From a virus: a stretch of 64,000 bases of DNA. The position numbers were made by a program, and so were the translations under genes. The DNA is taken from IMG/VR virus record IMGVR_UViG_3300027917_000042, positions 7,712 through 71,711 of that record; one strand, 5' to 3'. This document shows, piece by piece, positions 35,919 to 44,928 of the stretch (its first letter is position 1; each line of letters opens with the position of its first letter). Under the pieces are notes generated by a model. The model saw only the letters and a list, made by a program, of their open reading frames with translations, had not been told where the DNA came from and made no database searches.

Positions 35919-36586
35919 TATCTAACTCCCTGTGGGGCAGGTATCGGCGTCATCCCGAGCTGGTTGTAGCGGGTATTCACCAAAGCATCCATCTCCCGCT
36001 TCGCAGCCGGGAAACGGCTCATGTAATCGTTCTCCCATATCGCCACTCTATCGTCCGCCTTGACGAACTTCTCCGCTTCGGCAAGGCAGGCATACAGCAG
36101 GATGTCTGCGGCGTTGTCGCTGAGCCAGTTGCTTTCTGTCGTGCCGACTTCCAGCGGCGTGGGTCGCGAGCGGAAATTGATGTTCACCGTGTAGATTGCG
36201 TCCGCGCTCGGTGCGAGTCGCCACTGCGACAAACCGTCCTCGGCGAAATACTTCGGCAGCCCGTCCACGCCATTAAGGTAATCGCGCACGAAGTCGATCG
36301 AGCGCAGCTCCAGCCACTTCGTTTCCCCATTAACCGAGATGTACATCCAGCGCACGCCCAACTGAAAGTCGCTGGTGTACGCGGCTGGCTTTGTCAGGAC
36401 GTCGTTGCCGACTGCCGTGCTGGCCGTAGTGCCCACATCGAAGATCGTCAGGTCCAGATCTTTCAGCAAGCGAAGCTCGCCGAGGTTGATGACCTCTGGA
36501 ATCGACGCGGTGAATTCTGTGCCGTCGTCTTCCAGCCACGCTTGAAGATCGGCGGTCAGCTGGGTTGCAGTGGTCTTGTAGCTCAT
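35918..36586 (-). CDS. Tail adaptor/tubular protein
   Basis: GLPKYFA, LAPSAD, NWLSDNAADILLYACLAEA motif; position in the tail module. Confidence 0.8.
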   Translation of the reverse strand: MSYKTTATQLTADLQAWLEDDGTEFTASIPEVINLGELRLLKDLDLTIFDVGTTASTAVGNDVLTKPAAYTSDFQLGVRWMYISVNGETKWLELRSIDFVRDYLNGVDGLPKYFAEDGLSQWRLAPSADAIYTVNINFRSRPTPLEVGTTESNWLSDNAADILLYACLAEAEKFVKADDRVAIWENDYMSRFPAAKREMDALVNTRYNQLGMTPIPAPQGVR

Positions 36587-39336
36587 GGGTTCTGCCCCAG
36601 TGTGAACAGGTCGGTGACGCCGGTCAGCGCCGCGAACTCTGTGTTCGTGTTGATGGTGAAGGTCGCTCCTTTGTCAGTAGATACGCCCACCATGCCCTGC
36701 GCGGGTGAGAAATTAGACTGACCCACGATGTAGAGCTTGCCGTTGATGATCCCGCCATGCTTCACGTTGCCTCGGTTGCTCAGATACACGGAGCGGACAT
36801 TCAGATATGACCACGTCGGGTCCGATGTCAGTGGGCCGCTGGTCTTCCAGATTCCGCCGAACGAAACGAAATACCCATACCCGCCGCTGTCCACAAAGAA
36901 CTGCACAGGCTGATCCAGCGTGCTGCCCCAGCTGATCTCGTTGGTGTTGGTGTTCCACGTGGAACCATCGTCCGTAGAGATGACGATGGTCGCGTCCCTG
37001 TTGATCGTGTTGAAGATCGCCGCGTACAGGTTGGTTCCGTCTGAGGCGATCCACGTCGCGTGCCCGCCCAGCGTGTTGACGGGCGTGTAGGGATAACTTC
37101 CCGACCAGCCAGCCGGAACCTTGGTGGTCAGGTCAACGACAGTTGTGAGGTCGCTATTCTCCCACGGCACCAGCCGGGTGTTCGTGTCCCACTTGATGAT
37201 CTCCATGGCCCGGTTGGTTTGGGCACCAGCATTATCAACGTCACCCAGCCAGCCAAACATCTCGCCCTTGTGCAGCGCCATGCCATACAGATAGGTGCCG
37301 GGGCTGTTTTGCACGAGCAGAAACGACCCATGCTGGTGAAGGCGCGGGTCAGAATGCGCACTGATGAACGAACCCCGGCCCCCGGCATCGGTGCGGTTGT
37401 AGATCATCACGTCTTCGCCCGTGGTCGGCCAGCGTTTCTTCTGATACAGCCTTTGGACCGCCGTGCCGATCTGCCCGCCGTTGCCATACGTCACGCGAGC
37501 AAAATGTTCTGTGATTCTGATCTCGTCGATGTTGCCGTCCGCGTAAGCCAGATTGTCATCGTTACGTCCGGCAGTGGAGCCGGAGCCGTCGCTTCCGATG
37601 CGAAAGTTGGAATCGATCTGTTGCGTCGTTGTGAGTGTGGCAGCAGACAAAGCGCCGTGCCGCAAGCGGATGTTTGTAGAGCCTTCTTTCTGGGCGCGGG
37701 AGATCGCAATATGCTGCCAGCCGTTGGGCGAATCCAGCCGATTGGCCGTGCTTGCGCCAAGCGCCGCCGCTCCCTCGATGCTGGTGCCGTTATGCACCAC
37801 GATGCCGTAGGTCAGATCACTGGAGAACGGGGCCTGCACGTAGACATACCAGCTGCCCGCCGTTCCCCACGGCAGATCGGAATGCAGGATGACTCGCTCC
37901 GTAGTCGAGTCTGCGGCCAGATCGTTGGCGCTGGGCTTGTAGCTGAACTCGATGGTCCACTCTTTCATGTCGAACAGGCCATCGGCAGCGTTGTACGCAC
38001 GCAGATAGCTGGTGCCGCTGCCTGACAGGCTGATTGACCCACCTATCCCGAAATCCGTAGCAACCCCTTCTGAGTAGCTGGGCGCGGAAGGCCCAACCGA
38101 GGTCAGGGTCTTGTTGCCAATGGCATCCTCGATCACCTCTGCCAACACATCGCTGGTGCGGATCAGCGCCGTCACGTCCAGCGGCGCACCCGAGCCGTAG
38201 GTGATGGACTTCTCGAAAGTGCTGTTGCCGCCGCCGTTGGCAAGTCCGAGCAGCGTGTTGTTGTGGGCGATGATTTCTTCCCACGTTGCTCCATCGTCAG
38301 GCGAATACCAGCCTTCCTGCTCGTCACTCATCGTCAGAATGGTGCTGCCCGCTGACATGACGAGGACATTGTCCCAGTTGTCGCCAGAAGGTGAATCCAG
38401 ACTTTCGTTGACCAGCGTGGTCAGGTCGTCGTCTGAGGTCAGCAGTGTCTGCCCTCCAGCGATGTCAGGGGCACCCAGAATGATCTGGGCGATGGAAGCG
38501 AGGGTGATGGTGACGGGGATGTTCACGGTCGTACTCTGTGGCGTGCTGGCAGTGTCGGTGATCGTCACCAATAGCTCGCCCTGATACGACCCATCTGCCA
38601 GCGAACCGATAGTCAGAGTGGAATTGTCAGAGGTTGGTGACGTGATCGTGATGAGCGGGTCCGGCTGGGTCACCCACTCCCATTGGTACAGGTACGGCGG
38701 GCACCCGCCCACCGCGTTGATCTGGATCGCCGAGCTGGTCGAATCTGCCGAAGCCGATTCGCTCAGAGAGGATGGCACCGCCGCAGCGGCCAGCACGAAG
38801 TTGCTGTCATTGCCCGCCACCACCTTGGCCCCGGCAGAAATCGGCGAGGGCCCGTCGAACGGATAAGCGAGGTTGATGGTGTAGGTCGGCGTACACTGGA
38901 TGGGCACCACGATCGGCGAGCAGTACCAGTCGCCGTTGTCCATCTGGATGTAGACGAATCCTTCCTTGCCCCGGGCATCATCGAAGCGCAGGGCGTCGTT
39001 GATGCCGACCTGCGTCGCGCCCGTGGGGACCGCACCAGCGGTCGTGGTGTTCTCGGGGATCGAGGGATCCAGATTGCAGCACCCGGTCCTCGGATCGTCG
39101 CCCTCGCCGGGCGGCTTCGAGATCTCCGGGGAGGGACGCCACAGGGCCACCGGGTCATCGACGCTGACCGGGATCTCCTGCGGATGCTTCGGCTCCCACC
39201 AGTCAGGATGCACGAGCAGGCCCGGGACATGGCCGTCTTCAACCAGATCCCGGTATCGCATCTTCTGGCCGGAACGCTGGCATTCCGCCAGTGCGTGCCG
39301 ACCTTTCGCGTATTGCCGCCTGCCCGAGCGAGCCAT
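36583..39336 (-). CDS. Virion protein: conserved small N-terminal module fused to Ig-like, LamG-like and BNR-propeller domains (917 aa)
   Basis: N-terminal AECQRSG...LLVHPDWWEPKHPQ...DPVAL..P.P; WTIEFSYK...WQHIAISR...GNIDEIRIT (LamG); S.DDG.TW (BNR) repeats. Confidence 0.75.
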   Translation of the reverse strand: MARSGRRQYAKGRHALAECQRSGQKMRYRDLVEDGHVPGLLVHPDWWEPKHPQEIPVSVDDPVALWRPSPEISKPPGEGDDPRTGCCNLDPSIPENTTTAGAVPTGATQVGINDALRFDDARGKEGFVYIQMDNGDWYCSPIVVPIQCTPTYTINLAYPFDGPSPISAGAKVVAGNDSNFVLAAAAVPSSLSESASADSTSSAIQINAVGGCPPYLYQWEWVTQPDPLITITSPTSDNSTLTIGSLADGSYQGELLVTITDTASTPQSTTVNIPVTITLASIAQIILGAPDIAGGQTLLTSDDDLTTLVNESLDSPSGDNWDNVLVMSAGSTILTMSDEQEGWYSPDDGATWEEIIAHNNTLLGLANGGGNSTFEKSITYGSGAPLDVTALIRTSDVLAEVIEDAIGNKTLTSVGPSAPSYSEGVATDFGIGGSISLSGSGTSYLRAYNAADGLFDMKEWTIEFSYKPSANDLAADSTTERVILHSDLPWGTAGSWYVYVQAPFSSDLTYGIVVHNGTSIEGAAALGASTANRLDSPNGWQHIAISRAQKEGSTNIRLRHGALSAATLTTTQQIDSNFRIGSDGSGSTAGRNDDNLAYADGNIDEIRITEHFARVTYGNGGQIGTAVQRLYQKKRWPTTGEDVMIYNRTDAGGRGSFISAHSDPRLHQHGSFLLVQNSPGTYLYGMALHKGEMFGWLGDVDNAGAQTNRAMEIIKWDTNTRLVPWENSDLTTVVDLTTKVPAGWSGSYPYTPVNTLGGHATWIASDGTNLYAAIFNTINRDATIVISTDDGSTWNTNTNEISWGSTLDQPVQFFVDSGGYGYFVSFGGIWKTSGPLTSDPTWSYLNVRSVYLSNRGNVKHGGIINGKLYIVGQSNFSPAQGMVGVSTDKGATFTINTNTEFAALTGVTDLFTLGQNP

Positions 39337-40088
39337 CAGCGATAGCTCCTCGAAGTTCCTCGCCTCCGGGCCCAGTTGCTGCCCGGCACGATCCTGACGT
39401 CACCGCGCTCGCGGGTCGCCGCGATAGCCCGGCCAACAGCGCCGTTGTCGGTCGGATTCATCGGGCTGCCGTAGGCTTTGACCCGCAGCCGGTCCTCGAT
39501 GACCACCTCGGAGAACTTCTCCGCCAGCCGTGCCGCCAGATCGGCCACGAACGCCTCGCGGGCGTAGTAGGGCACGTCCGGGTTATCGGCTGCCGAATCG
39601 TGGTCCTCGAAGCGGCTGACGATGTCGAAGTAGATCTCGTCGGTAGAATTCTCTGGCGTGGTCCAGAACGACACCGTGATGGCGTCGCGCTGTTTGTCGA
39701 TGAAGATCCTGTCCGGGCGACCCTGCACGTCTTTGTCGGGAATGTCCGCCCACTCCTGCCGCGACATGAATTCGATAGGTGTATCGATGCCGTTGCGTCG
39801 CAGAAAGACGTTCATGACGTCGAGGTACTCCGCCGACAGGGTGTAGGTCGCCGTGCCCTGTGTGATCGGCGTGCCGAGGCTCGCCAGCGTCTGCAGATCG
39901 ACCCGGGAGATCTTCCACTCCTGAAGATCCCGCGTCGCCCAGTCCGCGAGCATGTAGTTGATGGACCGCCGAGCGGACTGGATATGACGGAAGCTGAGCG
40001 TGGCGGGGTCCACCCGCGCACGCTCGAACGCCTCGTCTACCATGTCGGCCAGCTCGGGGGACCAGAGAAATGTCCCGCTGGTCGCCAT
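39336..40088 (-). CDS. Head-tail adaptor / tail tubular protein A-like
   Basis: MATSGT..., EAFER, SARRSIN.MLADW, IPDKDVQGRP; follows the capsid genes. Confidence 0.8.
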   Translation of the reverse strand: MATSGTFLWSPELADMVDEAFERARVDPATLSFRHIQSARRSINYMLADWATRDLQEWKISRVDLQTLASLGTPITQGTATYTLSAEYLDVMNVFLRRNGIDTPIEFMSRQEWADIPDKDVQGRPDRIFIDKQRDAITVSFWTTPENSTDEIYFDIVSRFEDHDSAADNPDVPYYAREAFVADLAARLAEKFSEVVIEDRLRVKAYGSPMNPTDNGAVGRAIAATRERGDVRIVPGSNWARRRGTSRSYR

Positions 40089-40091
40089 GGC

Positions 40092-40430
40092 TTACCCTCC
40101 GCTTGTCATCGTGTCCTGAAGGATTGTGATCGCGCCCGATCCAGTGCCTCCAAGTACCACCCTTACCGAGTCGATCGCCCAGCCGATCCGGTACGATCCA
40201 TCGGCGTCTGCCGCCCGGGCGATCCAGTTCGCCGAAGCTGGGGCCACCGCAGTCGCCACGCCGCTGTAGGAATTCGCTCCTGCATTGGCGCGGATGTTGT
40301 CGATGGTCCAGCTCACTGACGTCACGGTGAGCCCGGTGACTTCCACGGTGATGACGGTTTCATCGGTGTAGCGGTTAACCGGGATGTAGTACGTCCCGGC
40401 TGCCGTCACGTCTTTCCTAATGGGGCGCAT
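40092..40430 (-). CDS. Small beta-rich virion protein
   Basis: Val/Thr/Gly-rich; in the head module. Confidence 0.7.
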   Translation of the reverse strand: MRPIRKDVTAAGTYYIPVNRYTDETVITVEVTGLTVTSVSWTIDNIRANAGANSYSGVATAVAPASANWIARAADADGSYRIGWAIDSVRVVLGGTGSGAITILQDTMTSGG

Positions 40431-40441
40431 GAGTCACCCCC

Positions 40442-40894
40442 TTAATCGTTGACTACGCCGTCGTCGTTGAACCCGAACGTGATGATTGCGGTGATGTTGC
40501 CCGTACCAGCGGTGCCAGTGCCGTCGTCGCCAGCGGTGATCTCGGCATCGGCAGCGAGCGCCGTGCCCACCAGTACGCCAGACGCGGCGTCGCCGACGAG
40601 GTAACGTCCGGTGGTCGTCGAGGTGGCCCCGTTGAGGATGGCATCCGGGTCCGGGGTCGCCGTGTTCACGCCGATATCGAACGCCGGGGTCGTGCCGCCA
40701 GTATGGCCGGACACGATGTCCACGTGGGTGATGATGGCCCCTGCCGGAAGCCACTTGCCTGTCAGGGTCGTGTTGGCAGCTGCGCCGTCGAAGGTGACGG
40801 CGAGATGCGAGAGTACCGGGGCCGGAGTTGCCTTCGACTCTGCGCCGCTACCGCGCTGTCGCCAGTAGCCTTTTACCGTAGAACGCTTACCCAT
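40442..40894 (-). CDS. Putative capsid decoration/cement protein
   Basis: LPAGAII..V motif; directly after the MCP. Confidence 0.7.
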   Translation of the reverse strand: MGKRSTVKGYWRQRGSGAESKATPAPVLSHLAVTFDGAAANTTLTGKWLPAGAIITHVDIVSGHTGGTTPAFDIGVNTATPDPDAILNGATSTTTGRYLVGDAASGVLVGTALAADAEITAGDDGTGTAGTGNITAIITFGFNDDGVVND

Positions 40895-40932
40895 CTGTCT
40901 TCTCCAGTGTCCCTTAAAGGGTCGTCAGGGTA

Positions 40933-41005
40933 GAAATAAAAGGGGCCCCGGGGCGACGGACGCAAAGCAGCCGGTCTAACTGCAATTTGTCCACCCCGGG
41001 GCCCC
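40933..41005 (-). terminator. Long-hairpin intrinsic terminator after the MCP gene
   Basis: Minus strand GGGGCCCCGGGG...CCCCGGGGCCCC followed by TTTTATTT. Confidence 0.8.
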
Positions 41006-41013
41006 CCGTCCGC

Positions 41014-41928
41014 TTACGCGGTGCCGGAGCTGCCGAACGCAGCGCGATAGTCGGACCAGCCGAAGCTGTACCGCTCACGCGCCTTGTACCGCATGTTGCC
41101 GGTCTCGAAGTCACCCTCGATGCCGCGCTGGATGCCCTTCCGCACCATGTGCTTCAGACCATCCGGGCAGTCGGTGAGCAGGAACCATGCGTTGGCGTCG
41201 GTGAACCTGTGGTTCACGTGAACGCCGCCGGGGAGCATGCCCATCGACTTCATCGCGTTGACATCGTTGTCAGCCGTGCCCGGGCGATAGGGCGAGGCCA
41301 CCAGACGCTCGGCCACGAACATCAGGTCTGACGGGATTGCCAGCTTCTGAGCCCGGACGGCGATCGGGATGCCCCGCTCATCGACGTACTTGCTGATGGC
41401 GATGAACGCCTCTTCGAGTGACGTCTCCGAGAGGTCGGCCTGCGTGGCGAAGGTGTTCGCCTGCGTGCCGCCGCCCCAGAGCGGATGCACGGTGCTGAAC
41501 AGCGGTACTGCATCACCACCCGGGAAGTTCACATCGAAGCCATTGTTGAAGATGGCTGCGCCCTTCACTTCCTTGGTGTGCTGCATGGACCGGGCCAGCG
41601 CCCGTGCATACTTGCCACCGATCGAGCCGTAGAGGTTGTCCTCTTCCGCTTCCTCGGTCAGCGCGAAAGCCAGCGCGATCGTCTCGTGGACGTACCTGCT
41701 GACGAACGCTTCGCCACCGGCATCGTAGGACACCGGGCCACCCTCGGGCTTGACCGGAGCCCCGGCCAGACCTGCGAGCAGCACGTCTTCCTCGTATGCC
41801 TTGTTGGACTGGTTGATCTCGAACAGGGGACGCCACTCGTTGGGATAGCGGCGATACTCCATACCGAAGACCGTGTTGAGCCCTTCCTGCAGTTCTTTGC
41901 GGAAGGTTGCGCGATTCATGGTTGCCAT
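41014..41928 (-). CDS. Major capsid protein (HK97 fold, Mu gpT-like)
   Basis: KELQEGLNTVFGMEY, YVHETIALAFALTEEA.EDNLY, ARALARSM.HTKE, YKARERYSFGWSD.R. Confidence 0.93.
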   Translation of the reverse strand: MATMNRATFRKELQEGLNTVFGMEYRRYPNEWRPLFEINQSNKAYEEDVLLAGLAGAPVKPEGGPVSYDAGGEAFVSRYVHETIALAFALTEEAEEDNLYGSIGGKYARALARSMQHTKEVKGAAIFNNGFDVNFPGGDAVPLFSTVHPLWGGGTQANTFATQADLSETSLEEAFIAISKYVDERGIPIAVRAQKLAIPSDLMFVAERLVASPYRPGTADNDVNAMKSMGMLPGGVHVNHRFTDANAWFLLTDCPDGLKHMVRKGIQRGIEGDFETGNMRYKARERYSFGWSDYRAAFGSSGTA

Positions 41929-41943
41929 GATCTAAAACCTCCC

Positions 41944-42528
41944 TTAGAACGTGGTTGTGGTGCTGCCCTTCTCATGAGTGAGAATCGAGCAACGCACTTT
42001 GGCGAAAGCACCGTATTCGGTAAGCGAAATACCGTCGATGCCGGGGGCAAGCCCTTCGACCTTGACCTGCGGGGCCCCGGTCTGAGCTTGATCGATGTAA
42101 CCGCCGCTACGGCCATTGGCCGCGTTGCCGGTTCCGTTCTGCCACTCGAACGCCGCGCCCACGTCCGTCGCAGCGACGGTCGTGATCTGAGCGATGAGTT
42201 CCAGTTTCGGGTCGTCGTACACATACGCGATGCACGTAGTGCCGGTCGCCAACGTCGTGTCGGCGGGCCAGTACTGGCTGAACTTCACGTCACCGTTGGC
42301 ATCGACATACTGGCACCCGGCGAAAACGCCGAGAACCCGAGCTGCCGTGCCGTCCGGGCAAAGTTCAATCACTCGGCCACCAGTGGTGGCGTCGGATCGA
42401 ACCAGATCCCCGGAAAAGATGGACGTGTCGTAAGCCGAGGCGATCTCGTACTCGTTGAGCCTGTTCGGGCAGCCACCCGCCTGATGGACGTTTGGGCGGA
42501 ACCCGAATGGCGCGTTTACGTTTGCCAT
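41944..42528 (-). CDS. Head/capsid-associated protein
   Basis: MANVNAPFGFRP, IFSGDLV, GVFAGCQY, VYDDP; directly upstream of the MCP. Confidence 0.8.
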   Translation of the reverse strand: MANVNAPFGFRPNVHQAGGCPNRLNEYEIASAYDTSIFSGDLVRSDATTGGRVIELCPDGTAARVLGVFAGCQYVDANGDVKFSQYWPADTTLATGTTCIAYVYDDPKLELIAQITTVAATDVGAAFEWQNGTGNAANGRSGGYIDQAQTGAPQVKVEGLAPGIDGISLTEYGAFAKVRCSILTHEKGSTTTTF

Positions 42529-42539
42529 TGAGCTTTACC

Positions 42540-43127
42540 TCACTCGTTGTCGGCCACTTCCACCCTTCTTCCTACTGTACGGGCGGGATGCGTGACCGCA
42601 GTCCTGTGATCGCGAACGATCGGAGGTCCGCCAGCTATCTGGGAGTTCTCCAGATCGACTTCGACCGAGTACATCTGGAGCCGTCTGCGCTCCTGTTCGT
42701 CGGCCTTAATCTCCTCGAAGATCTCCTCCGGCAGCTCGCAGAGGATCAGATCGTTCACCGCGAATACCCCATCCCCTGACGAAGACTTCGTGCAGAACAT
42801 CTTCCACTCATCGGGAATCGTTTCTGCTGGCCGGGGAGCCCAGCCAATGCGAAATGCTTTGTTCAGGTTCATGGGGTCGTCCTCACCGCGCACAGTCCGG
42901 CGGATCCATCTCTGGACCATTCCTTCCCTCGGTGGCGGAGCATCGAGAGCGGTTCCCCGATCCCATGGCTTCGCCTTCGCTTGGTGGGTGGCACGCTCCG
43001 CCGACAGCTCGTCCACACGGCTGCCGTGTCCACGTTCTACTTCGTGGGTGCCCACGGTCGGGACAGGGCGGTTGCCCGTACCAACGGCGGGATTGCTCTT
43101 CCTGCTGGGTGCTTTGCTTCTGGTCAT
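42540..43127 (-). CDS. Conserved head-module hypothetical protein
   Basis: LDAPPPREGMVQRWIR...GW.P...DLILCELPEE motif. Confidence 0.78.
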   Translation of the reverse strand: MTRSKAPSRKSNPAVGTGNRPVPTVGTHEVERGHGSRVDELSAERATHQAKAKPWDRGTALDAPPPREGMVQRWIRRTVRGEDDPMNLNKAFRIGWAPRPAETIPDEWKMFCTKSSSGDGVFAVNDLILCELPEEIFEEIKADEQERRRLQMYSVEVDLENSQIAGGPPIVRDHRTAVTHPARTVGRRVEVADNE

Positions 43128-44125
43128 CGGTTCGCCTCCTGAAGTTCGGCCTCGCGCTTGTTGCGAGCGAACTCCTTCAGGGTTTCGGGGTCGTTGGTGT
43201 CGAGGCCGAATGTGCGCATGACCCTGAAGTCATTGTCATCCAGCGTTACCTTCGAACCGAGCCCTGTGGTCTTGCCCGATGTCCGGTCTTCGCCACTCCC
43301 AGTCGGCGCAACGGGAGGTCTCTCCCGATTGCGCTTGCCTGACGGCGTCAGGTCTTCATCGTCGAAAAGTTCCGGGGCCTTTTCTTTAAGACGCCGGTCC
43401 AGTTCCTCGAAGTACTCCTCGGTCTGGGGATCGTACCCATCCTTGAAGACTTCTTTGTCCAGCCGGTTGACCAGCCGGGTTTGCCGCTCGAAGCCCTTCA
43501 TGCCGTACCAGTCCGAATGGTTACCCATCCAGTCATCGGCATACGGGTTCTCATCAGGTTTGCCGGACGGCTTCCCGCTTCGCGTCGAGCCAGAATCGTC
43601 ATTCTCGCCCATCAGCTCAGCGGCCTTCTTGGCGACTTTAAGTTCCGCCTGAAGATCGGTCATCTTGCGAGTGAGACTGAGCTGGGTCTTGGTTTCGCCT
43701 TTCTCGATGGCGTCCTCCAGCTGCTTCTCGATGTCGCCGATGTTGCGCTCAATCTCGTTTAGCTCACGCTCGGAATGTGAGCTTTCCAGCTTCTTTAACC
43801 GGGCTTCGAGGCGAGCGTTCTGCTCGCGAATTTCCCGAGCTTCATCCTGCGCCTTCTTTTTAGCCCGTTGCTCACGAGAGAGGCGATCACGAAACTTCTT
43901 GCTGAACTTATCGTCACCGCTGTCCTCTTCACCCTCATCCGCCTTGCCTTTGGCTCCCTTGGAGGCATCGGCATCGTCGGACGGTTTCCGGGCATCGTCG
44001 GCAGCGCCATCGTCAGGGGCTACCTCGCGAATGCCTTTCGACTCGGCTTCGAGGTCAACCTCCACAGCTTTGCCGTCCGGCACGCCATGGAGATCTTCGA
44101 ATTGAATTTCATACTTTTCGGACAT
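43124..44125 (-). CDS. Capsid scaffolding protein
   Basis: Acidic N-terminus, long coiled coil, W...N.W(Y/F)G; between portal and MCP. Confidence 0.82.
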   Translation of the reverse strand: MSEKYEIQFEDLHGVPDGKAVEVDLEAESKGIREVAPDDGAADDARKPSDDADASKGAKGKADEGEEDSGDDKFSKKFRDRLSREQRAKKKAQDEAREIREQNARLEARLKKLESSHSERELNEIERNIGDIEKQLEDAIEKGETKTQLSLTRKMTDLQAELKVAKKAAELMGENDDSGSTRSGKPSGKPDENPYADDWMGNHSDWYGMKGFERQTRLVNRLDKEVFKDGYDPQTEEYFEELDRRLKEKAPELFDDEDLTPSGKRNRERPPVAPTGSGEDRTSGKTTGLGSKVTLDDNDFRVMRTFGLDTNDPETLKEFARNKREAELQEANR

Positions 44126-44138
44126 AATCTTGCCTTCG

Positions 44139-44168
44139 ATTATAGGGTTGCTGACTCAGTCAGGACAA
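44139..44168 (-). promoter_or_regulatory. Putative promoter for scaffold/capsid genes with a palindromic site in the spacer
   Basis: Minus strand TTGTCC-18 bp-TATAAT with CTGACTGAGTCAG in the spacer. Confidence 0.55.
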
Positions 44169-44169
44169 G

Positions 44170-44562
44170 CTAAACCCATTGCTTGTACAAACTGGGATTT
44201 CCGACCACGGCAAGGATCTCGTCGTCGTTCAGGATCACGTACTCGCGCCCGTCCCGCATCTGAATCCTGCGCCCCGCCTGTGTGTGGTACTGGACCCACG
44301 AGCCGATCTCCGGCTTATGGACCTCGTCCGCCATCGACAGGCCGGACTTGGTCTTCTCCTTGTAGGCCAGCGAACCCATGTCCACTACCCGCCCGTAAGA
44401 GGCCAGCAACGCCGTCGTGTCGAGGACTTCCTGAGGCAGGGCAATACCTCCCTCAGTGGTATCCGGGGGCCGGTAAGGCTCGACCAGAATCCGCCACAGC
44501 AGCGGCTTCGGTCGCTCAGGCTCGGCCTCAGGCGGAATGAACGGCACTTCTTGCGTACTCAT
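44170..44562 (-). CDS. groES: Phage GroES/Cpn10-like co-chaperonin
   Basis: PLLWRILV, TEGGIALP, GRVVDMG, LNDDEILAVV. Start at ATG 44562. Confidence 0.9.
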   Translation of the reverse strand: MSTQEVPFIPPEAEPERPKPLLWRILVEPYRPPDTTEGGIALPQEVLDTTALLASYGRVVDMGSLAYKEKTKSGLSMADEVHKPEIGSWVQYHTQAGRRIQMRDGREYVILNDDEILAVVGNPSLYKQWV

Positions 44563-44774
44563 TCGCCGTCCTGCTCGTCCATGTCCAGCTCCAGCTTGCG
44601 CATCATGGCGCGGGCCGTCTCGACCGCACGCATCATGCCCTTGTTGATGCCGCACTGTTCACGGTACGTCTCCATGTTGGCGCAGCCGCCCTGTCCGATG
44701 TTTGCCGACCGAGCTGCAATATCGGCCTGACAATTCCGGTCCAAATCATTCACGAATCTTGCGAGTAGGTTCAC
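44559..44774 (-). CDS. Small conserved helical protein
   Basis: G.C.N.E.YRE.CG..KG pattern; coupled to groES. Confidence 0.75.
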   Translation of the reverse strand: MNLLARFVNDLDRNCQADIAARSANIGQGGCANMETYREQCGINKGMMRAVETARAMMRKLELDMDEQDGE

Positions 44775-44928
44775 TTGATACTCCTGCTAGAAATTCGAGC
44801 AGTGCTCTGTATGAGAGACCCGTCTCCTGACTGGAGCGGGCAAATTTCCGAGGGGACACGTTCCGCACGCCCCGCTTTCGCAGGAACGCTCGGGCAGCCC
44901 GGACGTCCTCAGGCTTTACGTGCGCCAT
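44746..44928 (-). CDS. Small basic hypothetical protein
   Basis: Fills the portal-to-71-aa gap in the operon. Confidence 0.55.
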   Translation of the reverse strand: MAHVKPEDVRAARAFLRKRGVRNVSPRKFARSSQETGLSYRALLEFLAGVSSEPTRKIRE

